Shown piece by piece: positions 18,795 through 30,315 of a DNA stretch of 64,000 nucleotides. Every line of letters begins with the position of its first letter. The stretch's first letter is position 1. Source of the DNA: Negativicutes bacterium (GTDB taxonomy: Bacteria; Bacillota; Negativicutes; UBA1444); assembly GCA_963665275.2 (NCBI GenBank), contig CAXXIN010000016.1, forward strand, positions 64,001-128,000, written 5' to 3'. A program made the position numbers and the translations under genes. Under the pieces are notes generated by a model. The model did no database searches and was not told the origin of the DNA. It worked only from the letters and a program-made list of their open reading frames with translations.

Positions 18795-18980
18795 ATGAGT
18801 GTCGCGACCATTACTCGTGACGGATCGGCAAGAGTTTCTGATGAATTGATCAACGCTTTTCTCACATTGGAGTCACTGACAAATATGCTTAGAATGTCGG
18901 AAACAGTTATAAATTTCTCGACCAACGAATATGAGGTATTGATGGATAGCCTTATCGAAGAATATGGCAATAAAATTTAG
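18795..18980 (+). CDS. Small acidic hypothetical protein (61 aa)
   Basis: Strong RBS GAGGAGG; directly downstream of the sigma54 promoter. Confidence 0.7.
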   Translation: MSVATITRDGSARVSDELINAFLTLESLTNMLRMSETVINFSTNEYEVLMDSLIEEYGNKI

Positions 18981-19008
18981 AATGATTCAAGTAATGCAGG
19001 GCCTTGAA

Positions 19009-19065
19009 ATTACCCGCCCCCTTGTGATGGTTATATTACATGACCATTGCAAGGGGGCGGGTAAT
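19009..19065 (+). repeat. 26-bp inverted repeat (long RNA helix) between the two small ORFs
   Basis: ATTACCCGCCCCCTTGTGATGGTTAT / ATGACCATTGCAAGGGGGCGGGTAAT; all three deviations are G-U wobbles on the + strand; no U tract. Confidence 0.8.
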
Positions 19066-19139
19066 AAATGAAACATTTCAGCAACTATCGACCACTACTT
19101 TAAAAGCTCGACTCATGGTGGATAGAAAGGAAGTGCAAT

Positions 19140-19334
19140 ATGGAATCTTTCGTTAAAGAAATGCAAGACAGTGCTCCTATTGAACCCATCTATTCCTGGA
19201 CTGAAATGAAAAGCAAGATTAACTCACCGGCAGCTGCGGTTACCGAATGCACGTGTTCAACCCTTCACATGGCAGTTCATGATGCAATGTGCCCGGGCTG
19301 TTGGGCAAGGCTGATTGAACGAATGGGTCACTGA
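19140..19334 (+). CDS. Small Cys-rich protein (64 aa), putative metal-binding CxC...CxxC
   Basis: RBS AAAGGAAG; TECTCS...MCPGCW. Confidence 0.65.
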   Translation: MESFVKEMQDSAPIEPIYSWTEMKSKINSPAAAVTECTCSTLHMAVHDAMCPGCWARLIERMGH

Positions 19335-19380
19335 GGTAGGATACGTTCCTGGAAGAGATTCTTAAAGGATGACATTGTTT

Positions 19381-19422
19381 AAGCGGCTCTCACCTGAAAT
19401 GATAGATGAGGGCTGCTTTTTT
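19381..19422 (+). terminator. Intrinsic terminator after the small ORFs
   Basis: AAGCGGCTCTCA...TGAGGGCTGCTT-TTTT. Confidence 0.7.
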
Positions 19423-19492
19423 GTGTAGCTGTCACCTCATGAAAAAAGCGATATAATAATAAAGGCATTTGATTGGTTGAGGAGAGTTATGA

Positions 19493-19837
19493 ATGGAAGA
19501 ATCTAAAGCGGTAATTTCAATTCAGGCCTTTCGATATGATCCGGATCGGCCGGACGAGAGTGGCTTTCAGGCGTATGAGGTTCCGGCGCAAGAGCCTTTG
19601 TCGGTAATGGCGCTGTTGACGAAAATTCATGAAATGGATGCGTCGTTCGCTTGTCGAACCTCGACGTGCTATAAGGGACAGTGCGGGTCCTGCCTCGTCC
19701 GGGTCAACGGGAAAGATGCGCTGGGATGCGTGACCTTGGTCAAGCCGGGTGAAGCAGTGAGGCTGGAACCTCACTCAAAATACCGGGTGATCCGGGATGT
19801 GGTTGTTGATTTTTCGACGCCGGTGGTGGAATCATGA
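19493..19837 (+). CDS. Stand-alone [2Fe-2S] protein (SdhB/FrdB N-terminal domain only)
   Basis: FRYDP, CYKGQCGSC...GC, VIRDVVVD; lacks the C-terminal 4Fe-4S/3Fe-4S domain. Confidence 0.85.
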   Translation: MEESKAVISIQAFRYDPDRPDESGFQAYEVPAQEPLSVMALLTKIHEMDASFACRTSTCYKGQCGSCLVRVNGKDALGCVTLVKPGEAVRLEPHSKYRVIRDVVVDFSTPVVES

Positions 19838-21534
19838 GAACTCTGCAGCGATGCGAAACAGATGTGCTGGTGGTTGGCGGAGGCGCCGCAGGGCTGCGCT
19901 CTGCCCTGGCCGCTGCTGAATCAGGTTCACGGGTTGTAGTTGTCAACAAGGGGCCGGTATCCCGCTCCGGCATCACACTCGCTGCGGCTGGCGGCATGCA
20001 AGCGCCATTTCATCAGGACGACAGCGTAGAGCAGTTTTTCCAGGATACTCTTCACTGCGGCTATGGAATTGGAGATCAAAATCTGGCATGGACTTTCACG
20101 GCGGGAGCTTGCGACGCTGCGCTGGATCTGGAACGCTATGGCGCCCGTTTCGTGCGCAATGCGGACGGCGGTTTGGCCTTGGGGAAGTTTCCAGGCCAAA
20201 CCTATCCACGCAACCTTTTCGTCAAAGGCGGCGGTGTGGGCATCGTTTCGGCTCTTTGGCGGGCCTGCCTGACGAATGAGTGTATAAGCATCCGGGATGA
20301 TTTTTTTGTGACCGGACTGGTAAAAGGCAAAGCAGCAGGATCTTCGCATGTGGCCGGCATTTTGGGTCTGGATCTTCGTAACGGCGACTTTGTTTTGATT
20401 CGTGCCGGCGCAGTAATATTGGCAACCGGAGGCTGCCAACGCTTATGGGAAGTAAATGATTGCCCAGCCGACGCTACGGGTGAAGGATTGTCGTATGCCT
20501 ATCGCGCGGGGGCCGACCTCGTTGATATGGAAATGGTTCTTTTCTACCCGTCGGTGATTGTGTGGCCGCCATCGTTAAAAGGTGCATTTGTTCACTATGA
20601 GTTTTTGGCGGAAAATATTTTGGATGGGAATGTTTACGATAAATTTGGTGTTGCCGTATTGCCAAAACCATTGCCTATACGCGACCAAGCGATGCGGCTG
20701 ATGGAGGAGGCCATCAGAGATGGACGGGGCGGCGAGCACAATGGATTGTTGTGGTATGTTGGTGATTCTCCCAAGGGGAGCGAAGTCGTTCGGAAAAAGC
20801 TCGATATCGCCCAGTATAATTACATCAAGGCGCATGGCGTGGATCCTGCGGACGCAAGGATTGAAGTCGCGCCAGGGGCCCATTACCTGATGGGTGGAAT
20901 TCATATCGATGAAAACTGTCAGACGACACTGAAAGGGTTATTCGCCACGCCAGAGTGCGCGGGAAATTTTGACGGAGCTAATCGCCTGGCTGGCAGCGGG
21001 ATAGCGGCGACGCAGGTATTCGGAACACGTGCAGGTCTGCATGCGAGCCGATGGGCAGCGGCTAACTCGATGGTGAATGTTGATGAGGTATCTGTTGAAG
21101 TTGAAATGGAAAGGGTTTTCCGGCGGATCTCGCGTGTCCCACTAAGCAGTTCGGTTGGCGCAGGGAGCGTTCTTACAACTTTGCAAGGCAGGCTGAAAGA
21201 GGCGGTGCAAAAGTATGCCGGAGTCAGCCGCGAGCAGACGGGGTTGGCCCGGTTGGCGCAGGAAATCTGTGCTATAAAACAGGAACTGGAGCGGCAACAA
21301 GTGCCTGACGTGAAAGTTTATAATCAGGCGTTGGTAGATATTTTGCAAATGGAATCGATGTGTGAAGTGGCGATGTTGGTGGCGGGCAGTGCGCAGCTTC
21401 GCACGGAATCGCGTGGGCACCATTATCGCCGAGATTTCCCTGTGCAGGATGATTTGCGGTGGTTGCAACATACTTGCGCAACTAGACAGGGAAATGAAGC
21501 GGTGTTCGGAATGAAGCCCATCCGAACGATTTGA
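19834..21534 (+). CDS. SdhA/FrdA/TfrA-family flavoprotein
   Basis: VVGGGAAGL, ILATGG, HYLMGGI, GANRL, RTESRGHHYR; ATGA overlap with the 2Fe-2S gene. Confidence 0.88.
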   Translation: MRTLQRCETDVLVVGGGAAGLRSALAAAESGSRVVVVNKGPVSRSGITLAAAGGMQAPFHQDDSVEQFFQDTLHCGYGIGDQNLAWTFTAGACDAALDLERYGARFVRNADGGLALGKFPGQTYPRNLFVKGGGVGIVSALWRACLTNECISIRDDFFVTGLVKGKAAGSSHVAGILGLDLRNGDFVLIRAGAVILATGGCQRLWEVNDCPADATGEGLSYAYRAGADLVDMEMVLFYPSVIVWPPSLKGAFVHYEFLAENILDGNVYDKFGVAVLPKPLPIRDQAMRLMEEAIRDGRGGEHNGLLWYVGDSPKGSEVVRKKLDIAQYNYIKAHGVDPADARIEVAPGAHYLMGGIHIDENCQTTLKGLFATPECAGNFDGANRLAGSGIAATQVFGTRAGLHASRWAAANSMVNVDEVSVEVEMERVFRRISRVPLSSSVGAGSVLTTLQGRLKEAVQKYAGVSREQTGLARLAQEICAIKQELERQQVPDVKVYNQALVDILQMESMCEVAMLVAGSAQLRTESRGHHYRRDFPVQDDLRWLQHTCATRQGNEAVFGMKPIRTI

Positions 21535-21591
21535 AGCGGAACGATTTTATAAATGGCAGAGTGTAAACCTGCCAGATAATGAGGAGATGCG

Positions 21592-21849
21592 ATGAAGGCG
21601 ATAGAGCTTGGCAATGAATTAAAGCAGGACGCTATAGGCGGCATCAAACTGTTTTTTCAGCAACAACGGGATGAGGAGTTGAGTGATTTTCAAGCAGCGA
21701 CTATTTTAGAGTTTATTCTCGCCGAGCTTGGTCCGCATATCTATAATCAGGCATTGGCGGATGCTCATACCCTGATGAGCAAGCAAATTGAAGAGTTGTA
21801 CGGACTGCAAAAATCACCACGTTCGTCGCTTGGCCGTCTGAAAAAGTGA
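21592..21849 (+). CDS. DUF2164 family protein
   Basis: FF..RDEELSDFQA..ILEF...GPHIYNQAL.DA pattern; RBS GAGGAG. Confidence 0.8.
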   Translation: MKAIELGNELKQDAIGGIKLFFQQQRDEELSDFQAATILEFILAELGPHIYNQALADAHTLMSKQIEELYGLQKSPRSSLGRLKK

Positions 21850-22322
21850 AATACGTCGGTCATGAAAAATCAGTTAAGGGAAACTTCGTTATGTTCCGCA
21901 TGCCAACACGCGTGATCTTTGGGGCCGGAGCCTGTAAGAACGTCAACACATTGGACTTCTCAGCGGATGCGGTCATTGCTTTTGGTGGCGGCAGCCCGAT
22001 GGCTGTCAAATCAGCGCCATTAGCGCAAGCGAGCCGCAAGGATTTGCTAACGGAATTATGCTGTCCTATGTGATGGATTGCGCTGGGGCAAGACGTCGCA
22101 GGGCTGGACATTCAGAATGCTGCCCAATTATCCGTGGAGGCTGTAACCTTGTTCAAGCAGGATATTGGAATCCCGGCGGCATTGGCAGAAATCGGTGTTT
22201 CAGCAGAGGCTCTGGAAGGAATCGTGAGGGTCGCATCGACATATCGGCAACTTGGTAACAGCCCGCGACCGTTGACTGGAAATGATCTTCACATCATCGT
22301 TTCGCAGGCATTGGCGCTGTAG
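21846..22322 (+). pseudogene. Collapsed iron-containing alcohol dehydrogenase relic
   Basis: Ordered fragments in different frames: FRMPTRVIFGAGA, DAVIAFGGGSPM, PQGFANGIMLSYVM, DIGIPAALAEIGV...NSPRPLT. Confidence 0.8.
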
Positions 22323-22400
22323 CCAATTTGATTTTTTTGCAACAGGAAAAAGGACTTGAACCAATGCATGAAGAATAACCATATTCGGGAGGGATGAACC

Positions 22401-22607
22401 ATGCGAATTGTTGAACAGTCTTTTATCGCGACGGATCGGATGACGGACATCAAAGCAGAGTACCCGGTAGATAACTTGTTTCAAGTCTTTGTCAAAGGGA
22501 AACTTCAATACGGACCGTCTTACCGGCTGGAAGGGAACATGATCATTTTTGGCTTTGACTGCCTTCAAACGGGAGATGTCGTGCAGATATTCTACCAACT
22601 CCCCTGA
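22401..22607 (+). CDS. Small beta-rich hypothetical protein (68 aa)
   Basis: RBS GGGAGG; own terminator; QVFVKGKLQ...Y...IIF...LQTGDVVQIFY. Confidence 0.65.
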   Translation: MRIVEQSFIATDRMTDIKAEYPVDNLFQVFVKGKLQYGPSYRLEGNMIIFGFDCLQTGDVVQIFYQLP

Positions 22608-22623
22608 AATCGTGACTTATCTA

Positions 22624-22658
22624 GAAAGAACCCGGCAAAAAAACGCCGGGTTCTTTTC
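22624..22658 (+). terminator. Intrinsic terminator
   Basis: GAAAGAACCCGGC-AAAAAAAC-GCCGGGTTCTTTTC. Confidence 0.75.
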
Positions 22659-22767
22659 ATAAATCACACAAATTTGACATAACTTTGCCACAGTTGTGTG
22701 ATATTCTGTTGCTGGGTAATTCAAGAAGACGGCAGATCGTGTATTCGACAAACAATAGCAGGGAGGC

Positions 22768-23529
22768 ATGCTCGTGAAAAAAACCGGAAAAGCGATATTG
22801 TGGGGGTTACTCTTATTGTTGGTGTTTAGTTCTACGACAATGGCAGCGCAGGCGGAGTGGCATGATCAGGAATACAACTACGGAGCGCCTAAATATATTT
22901 TGGTTATGCCGCCAAGCTTTAGTTACGACGGCTATGACTTAGGTGATCGCAATAAATTCAATCGCTACCCGTATGCTGTGGAGAAAATCAACGACATGCT
23001 TACTGGAAAAACTCGCGATCTTACGAAGCACCGCATTGTTACTATGGATTATGTGTTGAACCAAATCAAAGCGAATGCGCCGCTGACGGAACCTTTTGAC
23101 CCAAAAGCGCCAGGGTTTGCAGCAATGGTCAAGAGCGAAATGGGGAAATACGTCGACTTGCTTATGTACCTTGATGTGCGCGACTATGGCTGGTATTACG
23201 AATATCATGATGCATACAAGACGACAGAAACCTATACGGATCGGGTTTATTATAGCCGCAGAAATTCAGATGGGCGGGAAGTCAGCGGCTGGGAAGACGT
23301 GCCGCGTACACGGCGTGTTTACCATCCGGCGGGTTATTACATCTCGGACTGCGCTGGGGCAGCCTTCCGTCTGTATGACGCCAAAACTGGCAGAGATGTG
23401 TGGAAATACACGGATTCCCGCTCTAGGCGATCGCCTGTGATCAGCGACGGCTATGATCCGTCAGGCCCGGAATCGATGATGAGAAGAATCTTTGAGGACG
23501 CCTTCAAAAAAATTCCCCTGGCGAGCTGA
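22768..23529 (+). CDS. Secreted/periplasmic hypothetical protein
   Basis: Signal peptide ending TMA-A; RBS GGGAGG. Confidence 0.75.
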   Translation: MLVKKTGKAILWGLLLLLVFSSTTMAAQAEWHDQEYNYGAPKYILVMPPSFSYDGYDLGDRNKFNRYPYAVEKINDMLTGKTRDLTKHRIVTMDYVLNQIKANAPLTEPFDPKAPGFAAMVKSEMGKYVDLLMYLDVRDYGWYYEYHDAYKTTETYTDRVYYSRRNSDGREVSGWEDVPRTRRVYHPAGYYISDCAGAAFRLYDAKTGRDVWKYTDSRSRRSPVISDGYDPSGPESMMRRIFEDAFKKIPLAS

Positions 23530-23558
23530 TTTGCGGCCAGGGGGAACGGAATTGAAAA

Positions 23559-25289
<1,731 letters not shown>

Positions 25290-25326
25290 TTAACAATAGA
25301 GGGCTACAGAAAATCAGCGGATACAC

Positions 25327-26082
25327 TCAGTGCGAATCATCAACGAGTTGAGCCTTGTCGTTGAAAAACCCACGGTAGGCCCAAAAACTGGCTACGAAGC
25401 CGGAAATGGTAACCGCGCCGGTCAGCATGAAGATAACCATGATTTGATATTTGATCGCCAATTCCGGCGGAGTGCCGGCCAGAATCAAGCCGGTCATCAT
25501 ACCGGGAAGCTGAACAATACCCAGTGTTTTCATGGAGTCGATAGTCGGGATCATTGCCGTGCGGATGCTGCTTCGGATCAAGGTGCGAGCTGCTTCGCGC
25601 GGAGCAGCTCCCAGACAAAGCTTGACTTCGACTTCCTCGCGGCGGTCTTTGAAACTGCTGAGCAGATTGCGATAGAGTAAGCCCAAGGCAACCATCGAGT
25701 TGCCGACAACCATGCCGCTGACAGGGATGACTTCGCTGGGATTAAAGGAAATAGCCTGAAATGCCAGTAGGCCGGACAGAGTGATGACCAGGCCGGCTAG
25801 TATTGAGCAAAAAGAGATCAGGCGAACGCCGCTGATGCCGGCGCCTCTCTTGGTTGCGACTACAGCGGCGTTATAGACCATCAGAAGCAGAATGACGATA
25901 GTCAAGGCAATATTGTCAATGTTAAAGACGAATTTTAGCACAAAACCAACGGCGGAGAGTTGCACAACAGCCCGGATGCTGCCGATAAGCATGTCTTTTT
26001 CAAGTCCTAACTTTTGTCGGTAGGAAATGAACAGCGCGATCAAAACTAGGCTGAAAGTTAACGCCAAAGCCATATTATTCAT
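25327..26082 (-). CDS. fetB: UPF0014 ABC permease (iron export FetB-like)
   Basis: RAVVQL, IPVSGMVVGNSM, GIVQLPGMMTGLILAG, AIKYQI. Confidence 0.88.
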   Translation of the reverse strand: MNNMALALTFSLVLIALFISYRQKLGLEKDMLIGSIRAVVQLSAVGFVLKFVFNIDNIALTIVILLLMVYNAAVVATKRGAGISGVRLISFCSILAGLVITLSGLLAFQAISFNPSEVIPVSGMVVGNSMVALGLLYRNLLSSFKDRREEVEVKLCLGAAPREAARTLIRSSIRTAMIPTIDSMKTLGIVQLPGMMTGLILAGTPPELAIKYQIMVIFMLTGAVTISGFVASFWAYRGFFNDKAQLVDDSH

Positions 26083-26770
26083 CGTTCAGGCCCCCCTGCC
26101 GTTTGAAGAAATCGTCCTTTGGACCACAAAATTCGAGTTTTCCCTTTTTAACATATAGAACGGTCGACGCCAGACGTCGAAGCTGTTCGGATTGGTGGGA
26201 AATAAAAAACACGGTCAGAGATTTGGCAGCCCACTCGCTGCGGATCATTTCTTCCAGCAGGATTGTGTTCGCCTCGTCCAGGGACGCCGTCACTTCATCC
26301 AGAAGCAGAACTTGCGGTTTGGCCAATAATGATCGAACTAAGGCAACTCGTTGTTGCTCACCGCCAGACAGCTCGCTTTTGGTCTTTTTTAGAATTGCCG
26401 ATGGCAAGTTGACGCGTTCGAGATAACTCAGGATTTCAGGTTGCGTTGGCGTTTGTCCCCAGACTTGGTATGCGTACTCTAAGTTATCCTTCACAGTGCC
26501 GTCAAAAAGATAAGGTTTTTGCATGACATAGCCAACTTCCCGGCGTAACTGAACAGGATCAAGTTGAGCGAGGTCACGGTTTTTATATAGTATCGACCCT
26601 TGAGTTGGACTGCGCATCAAATTCATCATGCGTAGCAGCGAGGTCTTGCCGGAGCCTGAAGGACCGGCCAGGCCGATAATTTCGCTTTGCTCCGATGAAA
26701 AGGAAATGGAGCTTAGGATGGACTGGCCTTTAATTTCTAAGCTGACTTGGTCAAAAAGAAATATTGCCAA
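26075..26770 (-). CDS. fetA: ABC ATP-binding protein (FetA-like)
   Basis: GPSGSGKT, LSGGEQQR, LLLDEVTASLD; overlaps fetB. Confidence 0.82.
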   Translation of the reverse strand: MAIFLFDQVSLEIKGQSILSSISFSSEQSEIIGLAGPSGSGKTSLLRMMNLMRSPTQGSILYKNRDLAQLDPVQLRREVGYVMQKPYLFDGTVKDNLEYAYQVWGQTPTQPEILSYLERVNLPSAILKKTKSELSGGEQQRVALVRSLLAKPQVLLLDEVTASLDEANTILLEEMIRSEWAAKSLTVFFISHQSEQLRRLASTVLYVKKGKLEFCGPKDDFFKRQGGLNDE

Positions 26771-26948
26771 ACGTATTCACCACCGTCATCAGATTTCTCC
26801 TATTTATCATACGCTACATTTGGTCGATTTCAAGTGCATTTACAAGTGCGTGTTAATCCCGAAATTAAAGGATCGCCAAAGTGGTTGACGCGAATGTGTG
26901 GGGGGTTGTAAAATATACATGTTAGACACAAAAATGAGGGGGAGCGAA

Positions 26949-28118
26949 ATGAAGAAACACTTTGCGGTTGTCTTGGTAGTACTATTGTCCATGGCTCTAC
27001 TTGCTGGATGCGGCGGAGAAAAAGCTAAGCCGGCTGCCGAATCCAATGAAATCAAAATCGGCGCTAACTTTGAATTGACCGGTGGCGTTGCCAATTTCGG
27101 CAAACAGACACTTAACGGAATTCAAATGGCAATTAAAGAAGCAAATGCAGCTGGCGGCGTTCTCGGCGGCAAGAAACTCGTACTCGTCATCGCGGACAAC
27201 AAATCCGAACCGGCTGAAGCGACCAACGCTGTGACCAAACTCATCACCCAGGATAAAGTTGTTGCGGTTTTAGGCCCGGTGACCAGTTCCAATGTGCTGG
27301 CGACTGTTCAGGTTGCACAGGACAATAAAATTCCGGTGTTAACTGCAACCGGTACGAACGAAAAAGTCACTGTTGATAACGGCAAGGTGCGACCTTTTGC
27401 ATTCCGCGCCTGCTTCATTGATCCTTTCCAGGGCCGGGTAATGGCGAATTTTGCTTCCAACTCGTTGAAAGCTAAAACCGCCGTTATTTATATCGACAGC
27501 AGCTCCGATTATTCCAAAGGCCTGTCGCAGTCGTTTGAAGCGACTTTCACACAAAATGGTGGAAAAATAGTTGGGAAGGAAGCTTTCCTGCAAAAAGATC
27601 AGGATTTTAAGGCTACTCTCACCAAAATCAAAGCTATGGGTGCGGACACAATCTTTATCCCTGCCTATTACGAAGAAGTGGGCAAGATTGTAAAACAGGC
27701 GCGTGAACTAGGAATCAACACCCCGCTAATTGGAACCGACGGCTGGGATGATCCCAAGGTTGTCGAAATCGCCGGCGCCGGCGCATTGAACAACACCTTC
27801 TTCAGCAACCACTATTCTTCACAGGATAAGGATCCTAATGTCGTTAAGTTTGTCGAAGCGTATAAAAAAGAATTTAATCAGGAGCCGAGTGCACTTGCTG
27901 CCCTGGGATATGACTCCGGACTGATGCTCATCGACGCTATCAAACGGGCCGGCGCCGCGGATCCGGTCAAGATCAAGGATGCTCTCGAACAGACCAAAAA
28001 CTTGCAGGTCAGTACAGGCATACTCACGATTGACAGCAACCACAATCCCGTAAAGAGTGCGGTTGTTATCGAAATGAAGGATGGCAAGCAGACCTTCAAT
28101 GTAAAAGTGAATCCGTAA
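26949..28118 (+). CDS. Branched-chain amino acid ABC substrate-binding lipoprotein (LivJ-like), orphan
   Basis: Lipobox LAGC, IKIGANFELTG, ADNKSE, FRACFIDPFQG; followed by a terminator at about 28142-28172. Confidence 0.9.
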   Translation: MKKHFAVVLVVLLSMALLAGCGGEKAKPAAESNEIKIGANFELTGGVANFGKQTLNGIQMAIKEANAAGGVLGGKKLVLVIADNKSEPAEATNAVTKLITQDKVVAVLGPVTSSNVLATVQVAQDNKIPVLTATGTNEKVTVDNGKVRPFAFRACFIDPFQGRVMANFASNSLKAKTAVIYIDSSSDYSKGLSQSFEATFTQNGGKIVGKEAFLQKDQDFKATLTKIKAMGADTIFIPAYYEEVGKIVKQARELGINTPLIGTDGWDDPKVVEIAGAGALNNTFFSNHYSSQDKDPNVVKFVEAYKKEFNQEPSALAALGYDSGLMLIDAIKRAGAADPVKIKDALEQTKNLQVSTGILTIDSNHNPVKSAVVIEMKDGKQTFNVKVNP

Positions 28119-28302
28119 TAACTGTCAAAAACCAATCCATTAAAAGGGCCGGCTTATGCCGGTTCTTTTTTTATAAAAATAATTGTCTGGAATTTTTGAA
28201 TTTTTGGCAGGAATTCGCTGCATTGAACACGAATCAAAAAGTGTTTTCATTGTATGGTATTCTATAAAGAAAATGGGGTTACAAGAAGGGAGTCGGTTAC
28301 AA

Positions 28303-30315
28303 ATGTTAAATGTACTGGTGTTTTTTGCTCTAATGTTTTTAGCGTTCGGGTTATCGGCGGTTATGATCTACGGGAAATACAAGAACACGTTGCATGGAAA
28401 ACCGGAAAATCGCTGCGACCGACCGGGTGATCGCTGGAAATATTTCCTGACAAATGTAGTAGGGCAGGATAAAGTTTTGCAGGACCCTATTTCAGGCATC
28501 TCGCATGTCATGTTGATGTGGGGGTTTGTGGTTCTTGGGTTTGGCGCAGTCAACCTGGCGGTTGAAGGCCTGTTTCATGTCCCGGTGCCTTTGATTGGAA
28601 ATAATCCACTATTCATCGGATTGAAAGATCTGTTTCTATTGCTTGTCTATCTTGGCGTTATCGGTGCAGTACTGCGCCGAACAGTGCTTAAGCCGGCCCG
28701 GATGGAAAACTCGGTCGAGGCTTTTGTTATTCTGGGCCTGGTCTGTGTAATCGTTACCGGCGATCTGCTCTACAGCGGGGCAAATTTTGCGCTTGGCGAA
28801 CGGGCGGATATCAGAGGGGCTGCTTTTTTTGGGAATTTTGTGGCGGGACGATTGGCGGGAACGTCTCCGGAAAGTTTAAAAACCTTGGCAATGGTAGCCT
28901 GGTGGGCGCATTTCCTAGCGATGTTTACTTTCGCGGTTTTGATTCCGAGTTCGAAACATCTGCATCTCGTATTTGCCCCGTTCAATGCCTTCTGGCACAA
29001 CCTGCGGCCAAAAGGATCGTTGGCCAAAGTTGATTTTGAAGATGAGTCGGCCGAAACTTTCGGCGTGAACAAGATGGAAGAGTTCACATGGAAGCAGCTG
29101 TTCGACACGTACACCTGCGTTCGCTGTGGTCGATGTACGGAAGTGTGCCCGGCGTTCCAGACGGGAAAACCACTTGATCCGAGATCTTTGCATGTCGAAT
29201 TGCGGGCCCATGTTGAAGAAAAAGCTCCGCTACTTGATAAAATCAAGGCAGCCGGTGACAAGGCTCCGGAGTTTACCGAAGCGGAACAGGCGATTCTGGA
29301 CAAAACAATCGTTGACGGACTGTTCTCCGAAGAATTCATCTGGGCTTGTACTACCTGTCGTGCCTGTGAACAGGCTTGCCCGGTTTCCAATGAGCATGTT
29401 CAAAAGATCGTCGATCTTCGACGTTACATGGTAATGACCGAAGCTAAAATGCCGGAAGACGTGCAGCGCACATTCAACTGCTTCAAGAGCGGCAACCCTT
29501 GGAAACTGCCTCGCGGCAACCGCGGTGAATGGATGACAGGGCTGGATGTTCCGGCTTGGACCGAAGGAACTGAATATCTTCTATATGTAGGCTGTGCAGG
29601 CGCTTATGATGATCGGGCGAAAAAAGTCAGCCAAGCACTCGTGAAGGTATTCAAGGCTGCGGGCATCAGCTTCGGGGTACTCGGCAACGAAGAACCCTGT
29701 TGCGGCGAGACGATTCGTCGGATGGGCAACGAGTTCGAGTTCCAGCCGCTTGCCGAAGGCAACGTGGAAATGTTCAAGGAATTGGGCGTCAAGAAAATCA
29801 TTACTCTCTGCCCGCATTGCTTCAATTCATGGAAAAATGATTACCCAGATTTTGGCGGTGACTTTGAAGTCCTTCATCATTCCGAGTTTTTGGCCAAGCT
29901 GGTTCGGGACGGAAAAATTAAAGCGACCCATTCGTTTGACGCTAAGATCGTATACCATGATGCTTGCTATCTCGGCCGTCACAACGATGTCTATGAAGCG
30001 CCGCGCGATGTCTTGAAATCCGTGCCTGGCATCCAACTGACCGAAATGGATCGAAACCGCAAGACGGCCTTCTGCTGCGGTGCCGGCGGCGGACGTAACT
30101 GGATGGAAGAACATGTCGGTAATGGACAGCAAAGGATCAATGAAGTGAGAACCCAAGAAGCCCTGGATACCGGAGCTGAGGTTATCGCCACAGCCTGCCC
30201 GTATTGCCTGACCATGATGTTCGACGGCACGAAAGCACACAATGCTGAAGAGAAAGTTCGGACATTGGATATTGCCGAAATTTTGGCGCAGTCGCTGGAA
30301 GAACCGGCAAAATAA
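28303..30315 (+). CDS. Membrane-bound Fe-S oxidoreductase (FadF/heterodisulfide reductase-related)
   Basis: N-terminal TM cytochrome b-like region with SKHLH, CVRCGRCTEVCP, CTTCRACEQACP, two CCG domains. Confidence 0.9.
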   Translation: MLNVLVFFALMFLAFGLSAVMIYGKYKNTLHGKPENRCDRPGDRWKYFLTNVVGQDKVLQDPISGISHVMLMWGFVVLGFGAVNLAVEGLFHVPVPLIGNNPLFIGLKDLFLLLVYLGVIGAVLRRTVLKPARMENSVEAFVILGLVCVIVTGDLLYSGANFALGERADIRGAAFFGNFVAGRLAGTSPESLKTLAMVAWWAHFLAMFTFAVLIPSSKHLHLVFAPFNAFWHNLRPKGSLAKVDFEDESAETFGVNKMEEFTWKQLFDTYTCVRCGRCTEVCPAFQTGKPLDPRSLHVELRAHVEEKAPLLDKIKAAGDKAPEFTEAEQAILDKTIVDGLFSEEFIWACTTCRACEQACPVSNEHVQKIVDLRRYMVMTEAKMPEDVQRTFNCFKSGNPWKLPRGNRGEWMTGLDVPAWTEGTEYLLYVGCAGAYDDRAKKVSQALVKVFKAAGISFGVLGNEEPCCGETIRRMGNEFEFQPLAEGNVEMFKELGVKKIITLCPHCFNSWKNDYPDFGGDFEVLHHSEFLAKLVRDGKIKATHSFDAKIVYHDACYLGRHNDVYEAPRDVLKSVPGIQLTEMDRNRKTAFCCGAGGGRNWMEEHVGNGQQRINEVRTQEALDTGAEVIATACPYCLTMMFDGTKAHNAEEKVRTLDIAEILAQSLEEPAK

